Assembly: GCA_039815185.1 (NCBI GenBank)
Contig: JBCBZT010000008.1
Coordinates: 64,001-128,000 of the forward strand
Direction of reading: 5' to 3'
DNA length: 64,000 nucleotides
Source of the DNA: Cyanobacteria bacterium P01_A01_bin.123
GTDB taxonomy: Bacteria > Cyanobacteriota > Cyanobacteriia > Phormidesmidales > Phormidesmidaceae
Part shown: positions 46,903 through 56,566 of the stretch, one piece after another
Position numbering within the stretch: position 1 is the first letter of the stretch
Layout: each line of letters opens with the position of its first letter
Notes under the pieces: generated by a model
Databases searched by the model: none
The model's input: only the letters and a program-made list of their open reading frames with translations
What the model was told of the DNA's origin: nothing
Program-made: the position numbers and the translations under genes

Positions 46903-49900
46903 CTAGATCAGTACGAATGAGGCTTCTATCACAGTCGTCGTGTCTATACCAGTCAGCACTGCCAACGTTTCATTCCCAGCGTTGATAGTATCGCCGCTAA
47001 AGGATAAAGCACCAAACGTTAGGCCATCTGCTAGACCAATGAAGTCAGTACCGACTTCAAAGTCTGTGATAGTATCGGTGCCTTCACCGACTGCGAGGAC
47101 GAAGGTATCACTGCCCTGACCACCAGAGGAGTTGTCACCCGTTAAGGTGTCATTCCCCTTGCCGCCCCGGAGTAAATCATCGCCGTCGTCACCCCAGATA
47201 TCGTCGTCGCCTGCGCCACCAAAGAGGATGTCGTCGCCACTCTTACCGCCAATGCGATCATTGCCGCCTTCGCCGTAGATCGTGTCATTGCCGCCGGCTT
47301 CACCCGTTTGGGCGCTGCGTACGTTGCGATCGCCCCGCAGGACATCATCACCATCACCCCCAAACAGGAAGGCATCCAGGTCACTGCCGCCAGCTAGCGT
47401 TTCGTCATCACTGCCACCTTGGATAAAGTCGCGAGTCAGAGCTGCTGCGCCGACCCGAGGATCAAGATTAAGGGCAGTTTCTAAGCCCAGTTGAATGACC
47501 TCGTTGTTGTCGATTTCAACGCCAGAGAAGTCGCGACCGATGGAAAAGGGATAGTTGTTGTCGTTAGCAACCAGTATGGTCTTCTCGTCAAGCACCAGTA
47601 CATCTTCAATCGTGACAAACGGGAAATTAAATGTTGTTTCACCGTCGCCATTTAGATCGTCAGGGTCGCTGATGTTGAGCAGATCCGCCACTTCCGTCTT
47701 TTCGACAAACCCGTTGTCGTCTATCTCAGACAAGTCGACTTTGAAGATCTTCTTGAATGCAGCTTCTGCCCCTTGACGCCCATCTCGTTCAATCACCAAA
47801 AATTCATCGTTGTTAATCGGCGTAAAGTCGCCGATGGCATGGTTGGGGGCATCCATTTGATAGAGCCCGACGATGCCTTCGAAGGCGCTGGTGGCCACAT
47901 CAAATTCATAGATCCGCAGGGAAGTCGCAGGATCGCCAACGACGGTACCCTCTAGCATGGGATAGAGCGTTTGGCGATCGGGGCTGAAAGCCATCCCCTC
48001 ATAACCGCGAGAACCGCGCAGGTTTGCTTCCGAGCTAGCATCGGGGAATTCCTCTAGAACGATGCGCCCCGTCTCAGGGAAGTCGGTGAAGAAACCATCT
48101 ACACCCAACTCGATTAGCTGACGAAATTCATCACCAGTGCTTTGAGCTGTGCCATCGGGATTGAGCGTCAAGAATCGAGGCTCATCCCGCAGGGTGTAGG
48201 GGTGAACTTGGAGTCCAGCGTCATGGGCCCAATCGACGATAGGCACTACTTCACCTGTGAGCTGGGTACCAATGCCGACCGGAATCTCAACCGTGCCCTC
48301 TCCGGTCAATGTGGGATTGTCTAGCGGCCCAACTTCGAATTCAACGGTCAGCTCTTCACCGAGTTCACCCACGATTTCGAAGGCCAGATCATCGGTTTCA
48401 ACTAAATAGCTGAGATTGACGGGCACGCCATCTTCCAAGGTTAAAACCGGGAAGAAATCAAATAAGAAATCATCTGCTTCGGTGAGTGGAGTACCAAAGA
48501 AGTCGATGTCCAGTTCTAGGCTAGTGGTCGGATCAAGCGTCTCAATCCCTTCACCCGTCAAGAGTTCACTGTTGTAGGCAAGCAGACCGCCGAAGATGCC
48601 TTCGGTGGTATCGAAGGTTAACCGCTGCAGCACGGTCTCATTAGTACCGTTACCATCGCGATCCTCTGATGTCGGAAATGACTCCCGCAGCAAGATATTG
48701 TTCTTCCAGGGGCCTAAACCGTCGGCATAAGCGCTGATTTCGGCGATCGCATCGGCATTCGTCAGCGCATCGTAACCCGGATTATCGAAGTCAAGGAAGG
48801 GCAGCAGGTCGCCGTAGATGGCTGCTTTTTCTGCATCTGATAAGTCTGCATTGGCCACAAGGTCAAAAGGTACCGAAAAGCCACCGCCACCATCATTGAT
48901 GAAGCTACCTTCGGTATCGCCAAAGAGCTGAACCAATTGCAAGTTGTCCAGACCAGCATCGGGCAGCACGTTGTTGCGTAAATCTAGCAGGTTTTGAATC
49001 TCGAAGGACTGAATGAAGATCCGGTTGCGATTAGTGAACCCAGTATCTACCAAGGTCTGTACCAAGGGCTCTTCTAGCGATAACCCTTGCTCATCGAAAA
49101 AGGTGGGGTGCTTGGTTTCGGGGTAGATGCCGACTTGGAAGCCGTAATCTGCTTCAACTTCTTGCACCAGTTCGATCACCTCTTGAAAGGTAGGAATCTC
49201 AAACAGGCCATCGAATTCATCACTGCGGAAGTCGCGGGACTGAACGGCTCGCAGTTGTTTGATTTCTGCCAACGTAAAGTCTTCTGCGAAGTAGGCAGTG
49301 ACTGCTTCCCCATCCAACATCTTGGTGGACATGCGCTCAGGCCCAAATACCTCAGCGACATTGGTGGTGTCATCCAGCATCGGTTCGTGGCGGGCAATCA
49401 GGACACCATCCTGGGTGATTACCAAATCGGGCTCGATAAAGTCGGCCCCTTGGAAGATGGCAGAGCGATAGGCTTCTAAGGTGTGCTCAGGAAAGTTGCC
49501 GCTATCACCCCGGTGACCAATAACCAGAGGCGTCTGGCCGTTGAGCGTATTGAAATCAAAGTCTGGGTTTTGGGGAGACTTCACCGTGTCAGAGACGAGC
49601 TGATCCCGGACCGGATCACCTGTGCGGGCAAAATCGGTGAAGAACCCATCCGCGCCCAGTTCGATCAACTGCTGGAACTCTTGCTCAGGGGTTTGGGGTG
49701 TGCCATCTGCGTTCAGCGTTAGGAACCGCTCTTCATCCCGTAGGGTGTAGGGGTGAACCTGCAGGTCTGCATTATGGGCAAGGTCGATCAGCGGGAAAAT
49801 TTCACCCGTGTTTTGGGTGGTGATTTCAGCTACGCCGTCTCCGTTACCATCGACGGGGGTATCTAGAGGTTCCCGCAGAATAATGCTGTTCTTCCAAGGG

Positions 49901-51912
49901 CCGAGACCATCTGCATAGGTGGTAATGATGTCAAGTGCATCTTGGTTGGCCAAATCAGCGTAGGTAGGTGTACTGCTGAAGTCGAGGAAGTCAACCAGGG
50001 CGTCACCATAAATTCCACGCAACCGCTCTTCATCAACAACTGGCGCACCACTGAAGTTTAAGGTCAATTGAGGCACCAGTGCTGGATCCTCAAACTCAGA
50101 CGACCAGAAGTCCCAACCATCACCCGAGTCATTGGTGAATGCCCAGCCAAAGTTTTGATCAGGATTTGCCAACCAAAACTCGAGATCCTCAGTCACATCA
50201 ATATTCAACAGGGTTTCATCAGCAGGCTGCGGAATTGTGAAGGAGGCTACGCTGGAGGCTTCTAAATCATCAGATTGAACGCCATCTCCCCCAAAGGAAT
50301 TCCAGGTGCTGCTGTCATCCCAAGCCTGGAGCATTCGGAAGGCAGAAACGGTTCCATCAGAATCACTGTTGGTGTAAACCGTCAAAAACGCACTCTCTAG
50401 GGTTGCACCGTCAGGAACACCGGCAAGATCGTTGAACTGCAACAATGCCTGGGTGGGGGTACCGCCATCGTCCAAGTCCACGGTGATGTCAACGACATCG
50501 CCGCCGGGGGTATCTGGATCCCCGGCAAGGATGTTGTTATCAGTAACATCCGTCGAGACGGTGAAAGCGGTATTGGCAACAAAGTCAAACGGGACGGAAA
50601 ATCCCCCGCCACCGTCGTTAATAAAGTTGTCTTCGGTATCCCCGAATAGCTGCACCAGAGGAATATCGCCAAGACCGTTGTCGGCAAGCTGACTGCTGAG
50701 GTCAATCAAATTTGCAACTTCAAAGGACTGGATGAAGATCCGATTGGGATCAGTGAAGCCCGTTGCTTCCAAGGTAGCAATCAGGGGTTCTTCCAGAGAC
50801 AATCCTTGATTATCAAAGAAGGTGGGGTGCTTGGTTTCAGGGTAGATGCCGACTTGCACACCGGTTTCAGCTTCGACGTCCTGAACCAGTTCAATTACCT
50901 GCTCTAAGCTCGGAATTTTGAACAGATCATTGAAAGACTGGTCGCGAAAATCCCGAGACTGACGAGCGCGAACGCTCTCTTGTAACTCCTCGAAGGTAAA
51001 GTCTTCTGCAAACCATCCCCCCACCAGAGAACCGTCCAGGCTTTTGACGGTTAATCGATCGGCAAATTGAGGCAGATCCGCAATGTTTGTGGTTAGGCTG
51101 CTGTCTTGCTTGACAATAGGATTGCCATCGGCATCAAAGAGAATGTTGCCATCGGCATCGAGTTCAACCTGAGCCAATGTGGGTTCATGGCGCGCAATCA
51201 GGACCCCATCGCTGGTAATAGCTAGGTCTGGCTCAATGAAGTCAGCCCCGGCTGCGATCGCGGCTCGATATGCTTCCAGGGTATGCTCAGGGAAGTCACC
51301 GCTCGCGCCGCGGTGGGCAATGACCAGCGGATCTTGACCATTCAAGGTGTTGAGATCTACTGGATTTGGAGTGGGAATAGGGGCTTCTAAGAGTTCACCC
51401 TCACTGTTGAAGTGCAAAATGAAGGGGCCAAACTCTTCACCCACCCAGATATCACCGTTTCTGTCAATCACAAAAGATTCGATATCAAAATCAGCACCCG
51501 TTAGCAGCCGCTCTAGGGTGCCTTCATTTTGAATGTCAAACGGAATCAGGTTATTGGGGTCAGCAAGCTGCACAAACCCCTGGACTTCAACGGAGCCATC
51601 CCCACTTTCGGTTCCGACAAAATCAGGATCGACCTGATAGAGGCGCAGCAAGTAGTCTGTACTGTTGGTTTGTCCGCCAAAGCCGTTGTCTGACAGAAAC
51701 CAGAAGGTGTTGGCGTCGTCACCGGGCGCGAATTGAACGCCGCTAAACCCTTGGACCGGCTGGCCATCAAAGGGACCCGTGCGGCCATTGGCAGAGATGG
51801 GTTGAATCCGGGCGATCGCATCGATTGCGCCATTATCAGCCCCGGACGGGGGGCCATCGGCAAAGGTGTCTGCGGGTAGAAATGCAAACCCTTTCAAAGT
51901 AGTTTCTACCAT
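46903..51912 (-). CDS. Secreted multidomain phosphoesterase: split phytase-like domain, 2x GDPD, DNRLRE-like insert, RTX tail
   Basis: QGFSG...LSDNGFG...DIES...EEFGP at the N-terminus; two HRG.SG.FPEHTLEAY...DFIEPDL...YPETKHP...DGFFTDF domains; GYEGMA...ERD...NDNNYPF; GGxGxD repeats. Confidence 0.9.
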   Translation of the reverse strand: MVETTLKGFAFLPADTFADGPPSGADNGAIDAIARIQPISANGRTGPFDGQPVQGFSGVQFAPGDDANTFWFLSDNGFGGQTNSTDYLLRLYQVDPDFVGTESGDGSVEVQGFVQLADPNNLIPFDIQNEGTLERLLTGADFDIESFVIDRNGDIWVGEEFGPFILHFNSEGELLEAPIPTPNPVDLNTLNGQDPLVIAHRGASGDFPEHTLEAYRAAIAAGADFIEPDLAITSDGVLIARHEPTLAQVELDADGNILFDADGNPIVKQDSSLTTNIADLPQFADRLTVKSLDGSLVGGWFAEDFTFEELQESVRARQSRDFRDQSFNDLFKIPSLEQVIELVQDVEAETGVQVGIYPETKHPTFFDNQGLSLEEPLIATLEATGFTDPNRIFIQSFEVANLIDLSSQLADNGLGDIPLVQLFGDTEDNFINDGGGGFSVPFDFVANTAFTVSTDVTDNNILAGDPDTPGGDVVDITVDLDDGGTPTQALLQFNDLAGVPDGATLESAFLTVYTNSDSDGTVSAFRMLQAWDDSSTWNSFGGDGVQSDDLEASSVASFTIPQPADETLLNIDVTEDLEFWLANPDQNFGWAFTNDSGDGWDFWSSEFEDPALVPQLTLNFSGAPVVDEERLRGIYGDALVDFLDFSSTPTYADLANQDALDIITTYADGLGPWKNSIILREPLDTPVDGNGDGVAEITTQNTGEIFPLIDLAHNADLQVHPYTLRDEERFLTLNADGTPQTPEQEFQQLIELGADGFFTDFARTGDPVRDQLVSDTVKSPQNPDFDFNTLNGQTPLVIGHRGDSGNFPEHTLEAYRSAIFQGADFIEPDLVITQDGVLIARHEPMLDDTTNVAEVFGPERMSTKMLDGEAVTAYFAEDFTLAEIKQLRAVQSRDFRSDEFDGLFEIPTFQEVIELVQEVEADYGFQVGIYPETKHPTFFDEQGLSLEEPLVQTLVDTGFTNRNRIFIQSFEIQNLLDLRNNVLPDAGLDNLQLVQLFGDTEGSFINDGGGGFSVPFDLVANADLSDAEKAAIYGDLLPFLDFDNPGYDALTNADAIAEISAYADGLGPWKNNILLRESFPTSEDRDGNGTNETVLQRLTFDTTEGIFGGLLAYNSELLTGEGIETLDPTTSLELDIDFFGTPLTEADDFLFDFFPVLTLEDGVPVNLSYLVETDDLAFEIVGELGEELTVEFEVGPLDNPTLTGEGTVEIPVGIGTQLTGEVVPIVDWAHDAGLQVHPYTLRDEPRFLTLNPDGTAQSTGDEFRQLIELGVDGFFTDFPETGRIVLEEFPDASSEANLRGSRGYEGMAFSPDRQTLYPMLEGTVVGDPATSLRIYEFDVATSAFEGIVGLYQMDAPNHAIGDFTPINNDEFLVIERDGRQGAEAAFKKIFKVDLSEIDDNGFVEKTEVADLLNISDPDDLNGDGETTFNFPFVTIEDVLVLDEKTILVANDNNYPFSIGRDFSGVEIDNNEVIQLGLETALNLDPRVGAAALTRDFIQGGSDDETLAGGSDLDAFLFGGDGDDVLRGDRNVRSAQTGEAGGNDTIYGEGGNDRIGGKSGDDILFGGAGDDDIWGDDGDDLLRGGKGNDTLTGDNSSGGQGSDTFVLAVGEGTDTITDFEVGTDFIGLADGLTFGALSFSGDTINAGNETLAVLTGIDTTTVIEASFVLI

Positions 51913-51967
51913 AGAAAATGGGGGCTTTTATCCCTGTATAAACAACCAGAATATAGAGTCCCATAGG

Positions 51968-52008
51968 CTTATTAACGGGTTGTTATCTGGTATTAATTCC
52001 AGGTAAAG
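51968..52008 (-). promoter_or_regulatory. Possible Pho box (SphR-type) upstream of the phosphoesterase gene
   Basis: Minus strand CTTTACCT / ATTAATAC / GATAACAA / GTTAATAA at 11, 10 and 11 nt spacing resembles the PyTTAAPyPy(T/A) repeats. The match is degenerate. Confidence 0.35.
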
Positions 52009-52878
52009 AAAACACTAAATGATTCCGATCTAACCCCCATCTGATTGGAAAACCTATTTTTTAACGCCAGGGGAAACTAGGGTTCTAGATGTGAATCAGA
52101 CCTCATAATTTCCATGACGTGAAGGATTGTTTATTTATTTTGGATCAAATTGACCTTTAGCCAATTTTGCGCATAAACCATACTCGCTTCTGTCTTGAGT
52201 TGGATCAAGGCAGAGCGACACCCATAGGTTATATGAAATTTCCGTGAAGTACTACAGACAAAGGCTGTAGCCCACTATAGTAATAGATCGGGTTGTACAA
52301 ATTCACTGCGATCGCCCTTGTTGAAGCCTTAGTACTCTGACAGATAAAAACTGCCACCCCTACATCTCCGGATTCAGGGTTGGAGCTATTGCTTATTTAT
52401 GCTTAGTGATGAGTATTTTTGGAGTCCTTGAGATGCCTTGTGATGCGATTACAAAGCATTTAATTTTTTGAGCGGCATATCAAGGTTAGTCATTCAATAA
52501 CCTCCACTATTGTGCACTGATAGATATCAATTTCTCCGCTGAAGGAGTAGATCAAAAAATCGATATCGCACCGATTTTAAAGCTGGGATGGGGCATAGAG
52601 ATTTGCACTTCTATGAGGAAAACTCTGGATTTGAATTGGGCTAAGCGTTTGAATTGAGCAACCTTCCTCAGCAAAATCGGGAAACTCTCCCACTGAGGCT
52701 GATTCCTATCTTGAGGAGCCTTTGAAGCGCGATCGCGATAAAAACTGCTAAGCATTCTGCATAAACTGAAGATTTATCGCCATAATTCATCCAGACTACG
52801 GTAATCTTGGAATTTGCCGAAATTGCCAGACCGTTTCTGCATCACCCGCCGTCAAACGCTTTGACTTGGAGGTTTTCT

Positions 52879-53865
52879 GTGGTTCAGTTCCATATCCAAC
52901 CCGACAGCGAAATTCCCGCCTCCACCCAACTGTTCAATCAGATTCAATTTGCCATTGCCTCACGGCAATATCCCCCGGGGCACCGCCTACCCAGCACCCG
53001 CCAACTGGCCATGCAAACGGGGCTACACCGCAACACGATTAGTAAGGTCTACCGCCAACTCGAAGAGGCTGGCGTGGTCGAAGCGCAACCCGGTTCTGGC
53101 ATTTATGTGCGGGGTCAGGGTAGTACTGAAAGTGCCAAGCCGCGATCGCCCCTATGGGATCAATTTCCTAAAGCTCGCGCTGTCGTTGAAGAGGGGCTAG
53201 ACGAACTGCTCCGCCAAGGCTGCTCCCTGCACCAAGCTCGAGAACTCTTCCTGGCTGAAATTGATTGGCGACTGCGCTGTAGCGCCCGGGTCCTCGTCTC
53301 TACCCCACGCCAAGATATCGGTGCCGGGGAAATGATGGTGCGAGAGCTAGAACAAGCCCTGCGGATTCCGGTACAGCTCGTGCCCCTAGAAGAACTCGAA
53401 GAAATTTTGGCTCAAACTCGTTCCGGGACTGTGGTCACCAGCAACTACTTTGTGTCAGAAGCCGAAGCGATCGCAGCCCCTAAATCAGTACGGGTGATTC
53501 CTATTGACATCTATGATTATGCCGAAGAATTAACGCTGCTCAAATCCTTACCCAAAGACACCTGCCTTGGCATGGTCAGCATTAGCTCTGGCGTCCTGCG
53601 AGCCTCTGAAGTGATCACCTACAGCCTACGGGGGGACGACATCCTCGTCATGACCGCACAAACTGACGATGCCTACAAACTGCAAGCACTTATTCGAACC
53701 GCCAACACTATTTTTGTGTTCGATAAAAGCAGTTACCCCACCGTCAAACAGGCGATCGCCGATGCCCGTAACGACCTGATTCGCCCGCCCCAAGTGGTTT
53801 GCAGCGAAAACTACATCGGTGAAAAATCCATCAACCTACTCAAGCGAGAACTCGGTTTGGATTAA
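52879..53865 (+). CDS. plmA: GntR family regulator, cyanobacterial PlmA subfamily
   Basis: VQFHIQPDSEIPAS.QL..QI.FAIASRQYPPGHRLPSTRQLAMQTGLHRNTISKVY...LLKRELGL; GTG start after GGAGG. Confidence 0.9.
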   Translation: MVQFHIQPDSEIPASTQLFNQIQFAIASRQYPPGHRLPSTRQLAMQTGLHRNTISKVYRQLEEAGVVEAQPGSGIYVRGQGSTESAKPRSPLWDQFPKARAVVEEGLDELLRQGCSLHQARELFLAEIDWRLRCSARVLVSTPRQDIGAGEMMVRELEQALRIPVQLVPLEELEEILAQTRSGTVVTSNYFVSEAEAIAAPKSVRVIPIDIYDYAEELTLLKSLPKDTCLGMVSISSGVLRASEVITYSLRGDDILVMTAQTDDAYKLQALIRTANTIFVFDKSSYPTVKQAIADARNDLIRPPQVVCSENYIGEKSINLLKRELGLD

Positions 53866-53887
53866 TCGCTGATGTTAACTGGTGACC

Positions 53888-54430
53888 CTATCCGGCCTCT
53901 GCTTCTAAGATTCGGACGCCGACCACGCTGGTTTTGAAATTGTAGAGTTCACCTTCTAACTCGATTTGAGTCCCCAGCTTGACTTTACTATTGCCAAAGG
54001 TAGGGCCATTGTCACTGATTTGGGCATCCCCAGTTAAGGTAATCAGCATATCAATGGTGTAATTCAACTCGGGTCGAGGATCCGGAAACGACTCAACGCT
54101 GCCATCGGGTTGGGGCACGGCAGTGCTGCGCGGTAAGGACTCTACCGCTTTAATCCCCACTTGACCGTAGGGTTGATTACGAATGATTATATTGGTTGTG
54201 TCTGAGTTATTGAGGGTTTCAAACAAGGCAGCAGGGTCAGAAGCCGTCAACCCCCGCACCATCACATCAACCTCAATCGGTTTAACGGTCGCGTTGACCT
54301 GGGCCACAGAACCAGACGGACCCGGGAAGACAAAGACACCCACCACTACCATCAAGATAATCAGTGCTGCGCCAATATCGAGGACGCTGATTTTGCCGAA
54401 GAGTCGTCCTTTTGAATCCAAGATAGCCAT
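53888..54430 (-). CDS. DUF4330 family cyanobacterial membrane-anchored protein
   Basis: MAILDSKGRLFGKISVLD, IIIRNQPYG and PQPDGSV...PDPR motifs. Confidence 0.85.
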   Translation of the reverse strand: MAILDSKGRLFGKISVLDIGAALIILMVVVGVFVFPGPSGSVAQVNATVKPIEVDVMVRGLTASDPAALFETLNNSDTTNIIIRNQPYGQVGIKAVESLPRSTAVPQPDGSVESFPDPRPELNYTIDMLITLTGDAQISDNGPTFGNSKVKLGTQIELEGELYNFKTSVVGVRILEAEAG

Positions 54431-54755
54431 AGTGGATTAGCATCCCTTCCCGTCTTTGGGAATACTGATTGTAAAGATAGTCGGGCGATCAGTAAAGAAT
54501 CCGTCCTCCCCCTGATCCTGGTTAACCATGTTAGTCGTTAGTATTTAAGCATGGGATGAGCAACTTCGCGTGCTAAATCTACGTCTAACTTAATGAGGCA
54601 TGTCCTTTGTGTCATTGCTCATTCAAAGGCGATCGCAGCTCATAACTCAGTCGATAGGCTGACTTAGTGCCTTCGATAAAAGCATGCTTGGTTTCTCCAG
54701 GAACCGCCATTGATTCATCCTAGTTATTGTTCGTTTCTTCTGCTCCTCAATCACG

Positions 54756-55619
54756 ATGTCTAAGTTCTCCTCTCAACTCTTTACCCGGCTTCATCGTCGC
54801 TGGCTCTATGGCTTGATGGCCCTTGTCATGTCCTTTGGTATTGGCATTGCCACACCCCGTCCCAGCCAGGCCATCACCATTTGGGATGTCATTTTCGGTG
54901 GTGTCCAAATTCTTCAGGCCACCCAGATTACCAACATGAGCGATGAACAAGAAGTCGAATTGGGACGGCAAATCGATGCCCAGCTCAAACAGCAAGGGCT
55001 TCAGGTCTTTTCTGAAGATGCGGCAGTAGATAACTACCTTGATGGCATCGGTCAACGCTTGGCCGCAACCAGCGATCGCCCTAATTTACCCTTTACTGTC
55101 CAGGTAGTGCGTGATGATGCTATCAATGCCTTTGCGACAGCCGGTGGATTTGTCTACATCCAAACTGGATTGATGGAAGCTGCCTCTAATGAAGCCGAAT
55201 TGGCTGGGGTTCTTGCCCATGAAATTGGCCATATTACAGGCAAACACGGCCTTAACCAGATGAAAGATCAAGCGATCGCCTCAGGCATCATGACCGCCGC
55301 TGGCGTCAGACAAGATCAACTGGTCAACATTGGTGTACAGCTTGCCTATAGTTTGCCCCGCAGTCGTGGTGATGAGAATGATGCGGATCGTCGCGGCTTT
55401 TTTAACATGGGGCGCGCAGGTTATGACCAGCGGGGCATTCGAGACTTCATGCAAAAGCTAGACCAAGGCGGATCTCCCCCAGAGTTCATCAGTACCCACC
55501 CCAACCCTGGTAATCGAGTTGGCAATCTCAACGGCTTGCTCAATAGCGACGCCACGCCCAGCGCCACTGATGGCATGGACAATAGTGCTTATCGAACCCG
55601 AGTTAACAACTTAATTTAG
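54756..55619 (+). CDS. M48 family metallopeptidase, exported
   Basis: INAFA..GG, ELAGVLAHEIGH, E..AD and STHP motifs. Confidence 0.9.
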   Translation: MSKFSSQLFTRLHRRWLYGLMALVMSFGIGIATPRPSQAITIWDVIFGGVQILQATQITNMSDEQEVELGRQIDAQLKQQGLQVFSEDAAVDNYLDGIGQRLAATSDRPNLPFTVQVVRDDAINAFATAGGFVYIQTGLMEAASNEAELAGVLAHEIGHITGKHGLNQMKDQAIASGIMTAAGVRQDQLVNIGVQLAYSLPRSRGDENDADRRGFFNMGRAGYDQRGIRDFMQKLDQGGSPPEFISTHPNPGNRVGNLNGLLNSDATPSATDGMDNSAYRTRVNNLI

Positions 55620-55664
55620 TTCCCTGAGTCAAAGTCAAATTTGACCCGGTAGAACTTTTCAAAG

Positions 55665-55697
55665 AAAAAGAGACGCTTCTGAGAAGCGTCTCTTTTT
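55665..55697. terminator. Bidirectional intrinsic terminator
   Basis: aaaaagagacgcttct-g-agaagcgtctcttttt between convergent genes. Confidence 0.8.
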
Positions 55698-55721
55698 GCT
55701 CATGTGCCTAATTTTTGACTA

Positions 55722-55833
55722 ATACCAGTTCTTTCAAGATACAGATCAGACCTCTCCCATCCTCCCCTTGTGGAGGGGAGGTGCCGTAGACGGAGGGATA
55801 CTCATCTGTAGCCAGGACTTTGCGATTTGGTAT
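55722..55833 (+). repeat. Dispersed MITE/REP-like repeat, copy 2 (ends ATACCA...TGGTAT)
   Basis: Short terminal inverted repeats, internal cctcccc/ggggagg hairpin, and similarity to 28573-28673. Confidence 0.75.
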
Positions 55834-55949
55834 GACGTGCCTTATTTTTTTGTGGCGGTTGAACAACACTTTATGGTATTTCAAGCTGCATTAAGCTGAA
55901 TAGACAACGGTGAAAAATGTCCCCGAGAGGAGGCAAGCATTGAAAATCG

Positions 55950-56426
55950 CTACAGTTCTTTGAAATGGTAAACGACAACCCCACTGTCAGGATCATTGTC
56001 GATATCAACATAGCCCGTTTTTAGCATATCCTTTAGCGTCGCTTCCACTGTGGAGAAGGGGGCTCCGGTATCGATGACGCCCTGAGTTACGGATAGCCTG
56101 CCCTGGCGCTTTTGGGCCGATTTTAACAACTGGAGCATCAAATCTTCTGTCGTCAGGCGCGATTCGACTACAGCCGTTGCCGCATAGCTGGGTTGTAGCG
56201 GTATCCCCTGGGGGGTCAAACCGTGGCGCAAACGATATCGATCGTTGTGACTTTCAACCATTTCGGGAATCAGCAACAGATCGACAATCTGACCAATGCC
56301 AAACAGGCCAAAGGTAAACATCCACACAAGACCGGAGACAATCTTGCCGTTATAAATCCGGTGGAGTCCTGCGACTCCAAAAACCCAGCCTATCCAAAGC
56401 AAGTAGGCTGTACCGTGCTTGTTCAT
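55950..56426 (-). CDS. TM2 (NINE) domain protein
   Basis: AYLLW...G..GLHRIY.GK..SG..W.FT.GLFGIGQ.VDL motif. Confidence 0.88.
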   Translation of the reverse strand: MNKHGTAYLLWIGWVFGVAGLHRIYNGKIVSGLVWMFTFGLFGIGQIVDLLLIPEMVESHNDRYRLRHGLTPQGIPLQPSYAATAVVESRLTTEDLMLQLLKSAQKRQGRLSVTQGVIDTGAPFSTVEATLKDMLKTGYVDIDNDPDSGVVVYHFKEL

Positions 56427-56566
56427 GACAGATACTGACAATCAAGGGGCCATTAAAGGTATGCCCCTATGATATTAAATCTGCCTTGGGTTCAACCTGG
56501 CTAGCCCCTGTCGAGCATCCTATTTTAGTAACCCTTAACGATCACAGCCCTTAGCCATCGCAGTCC

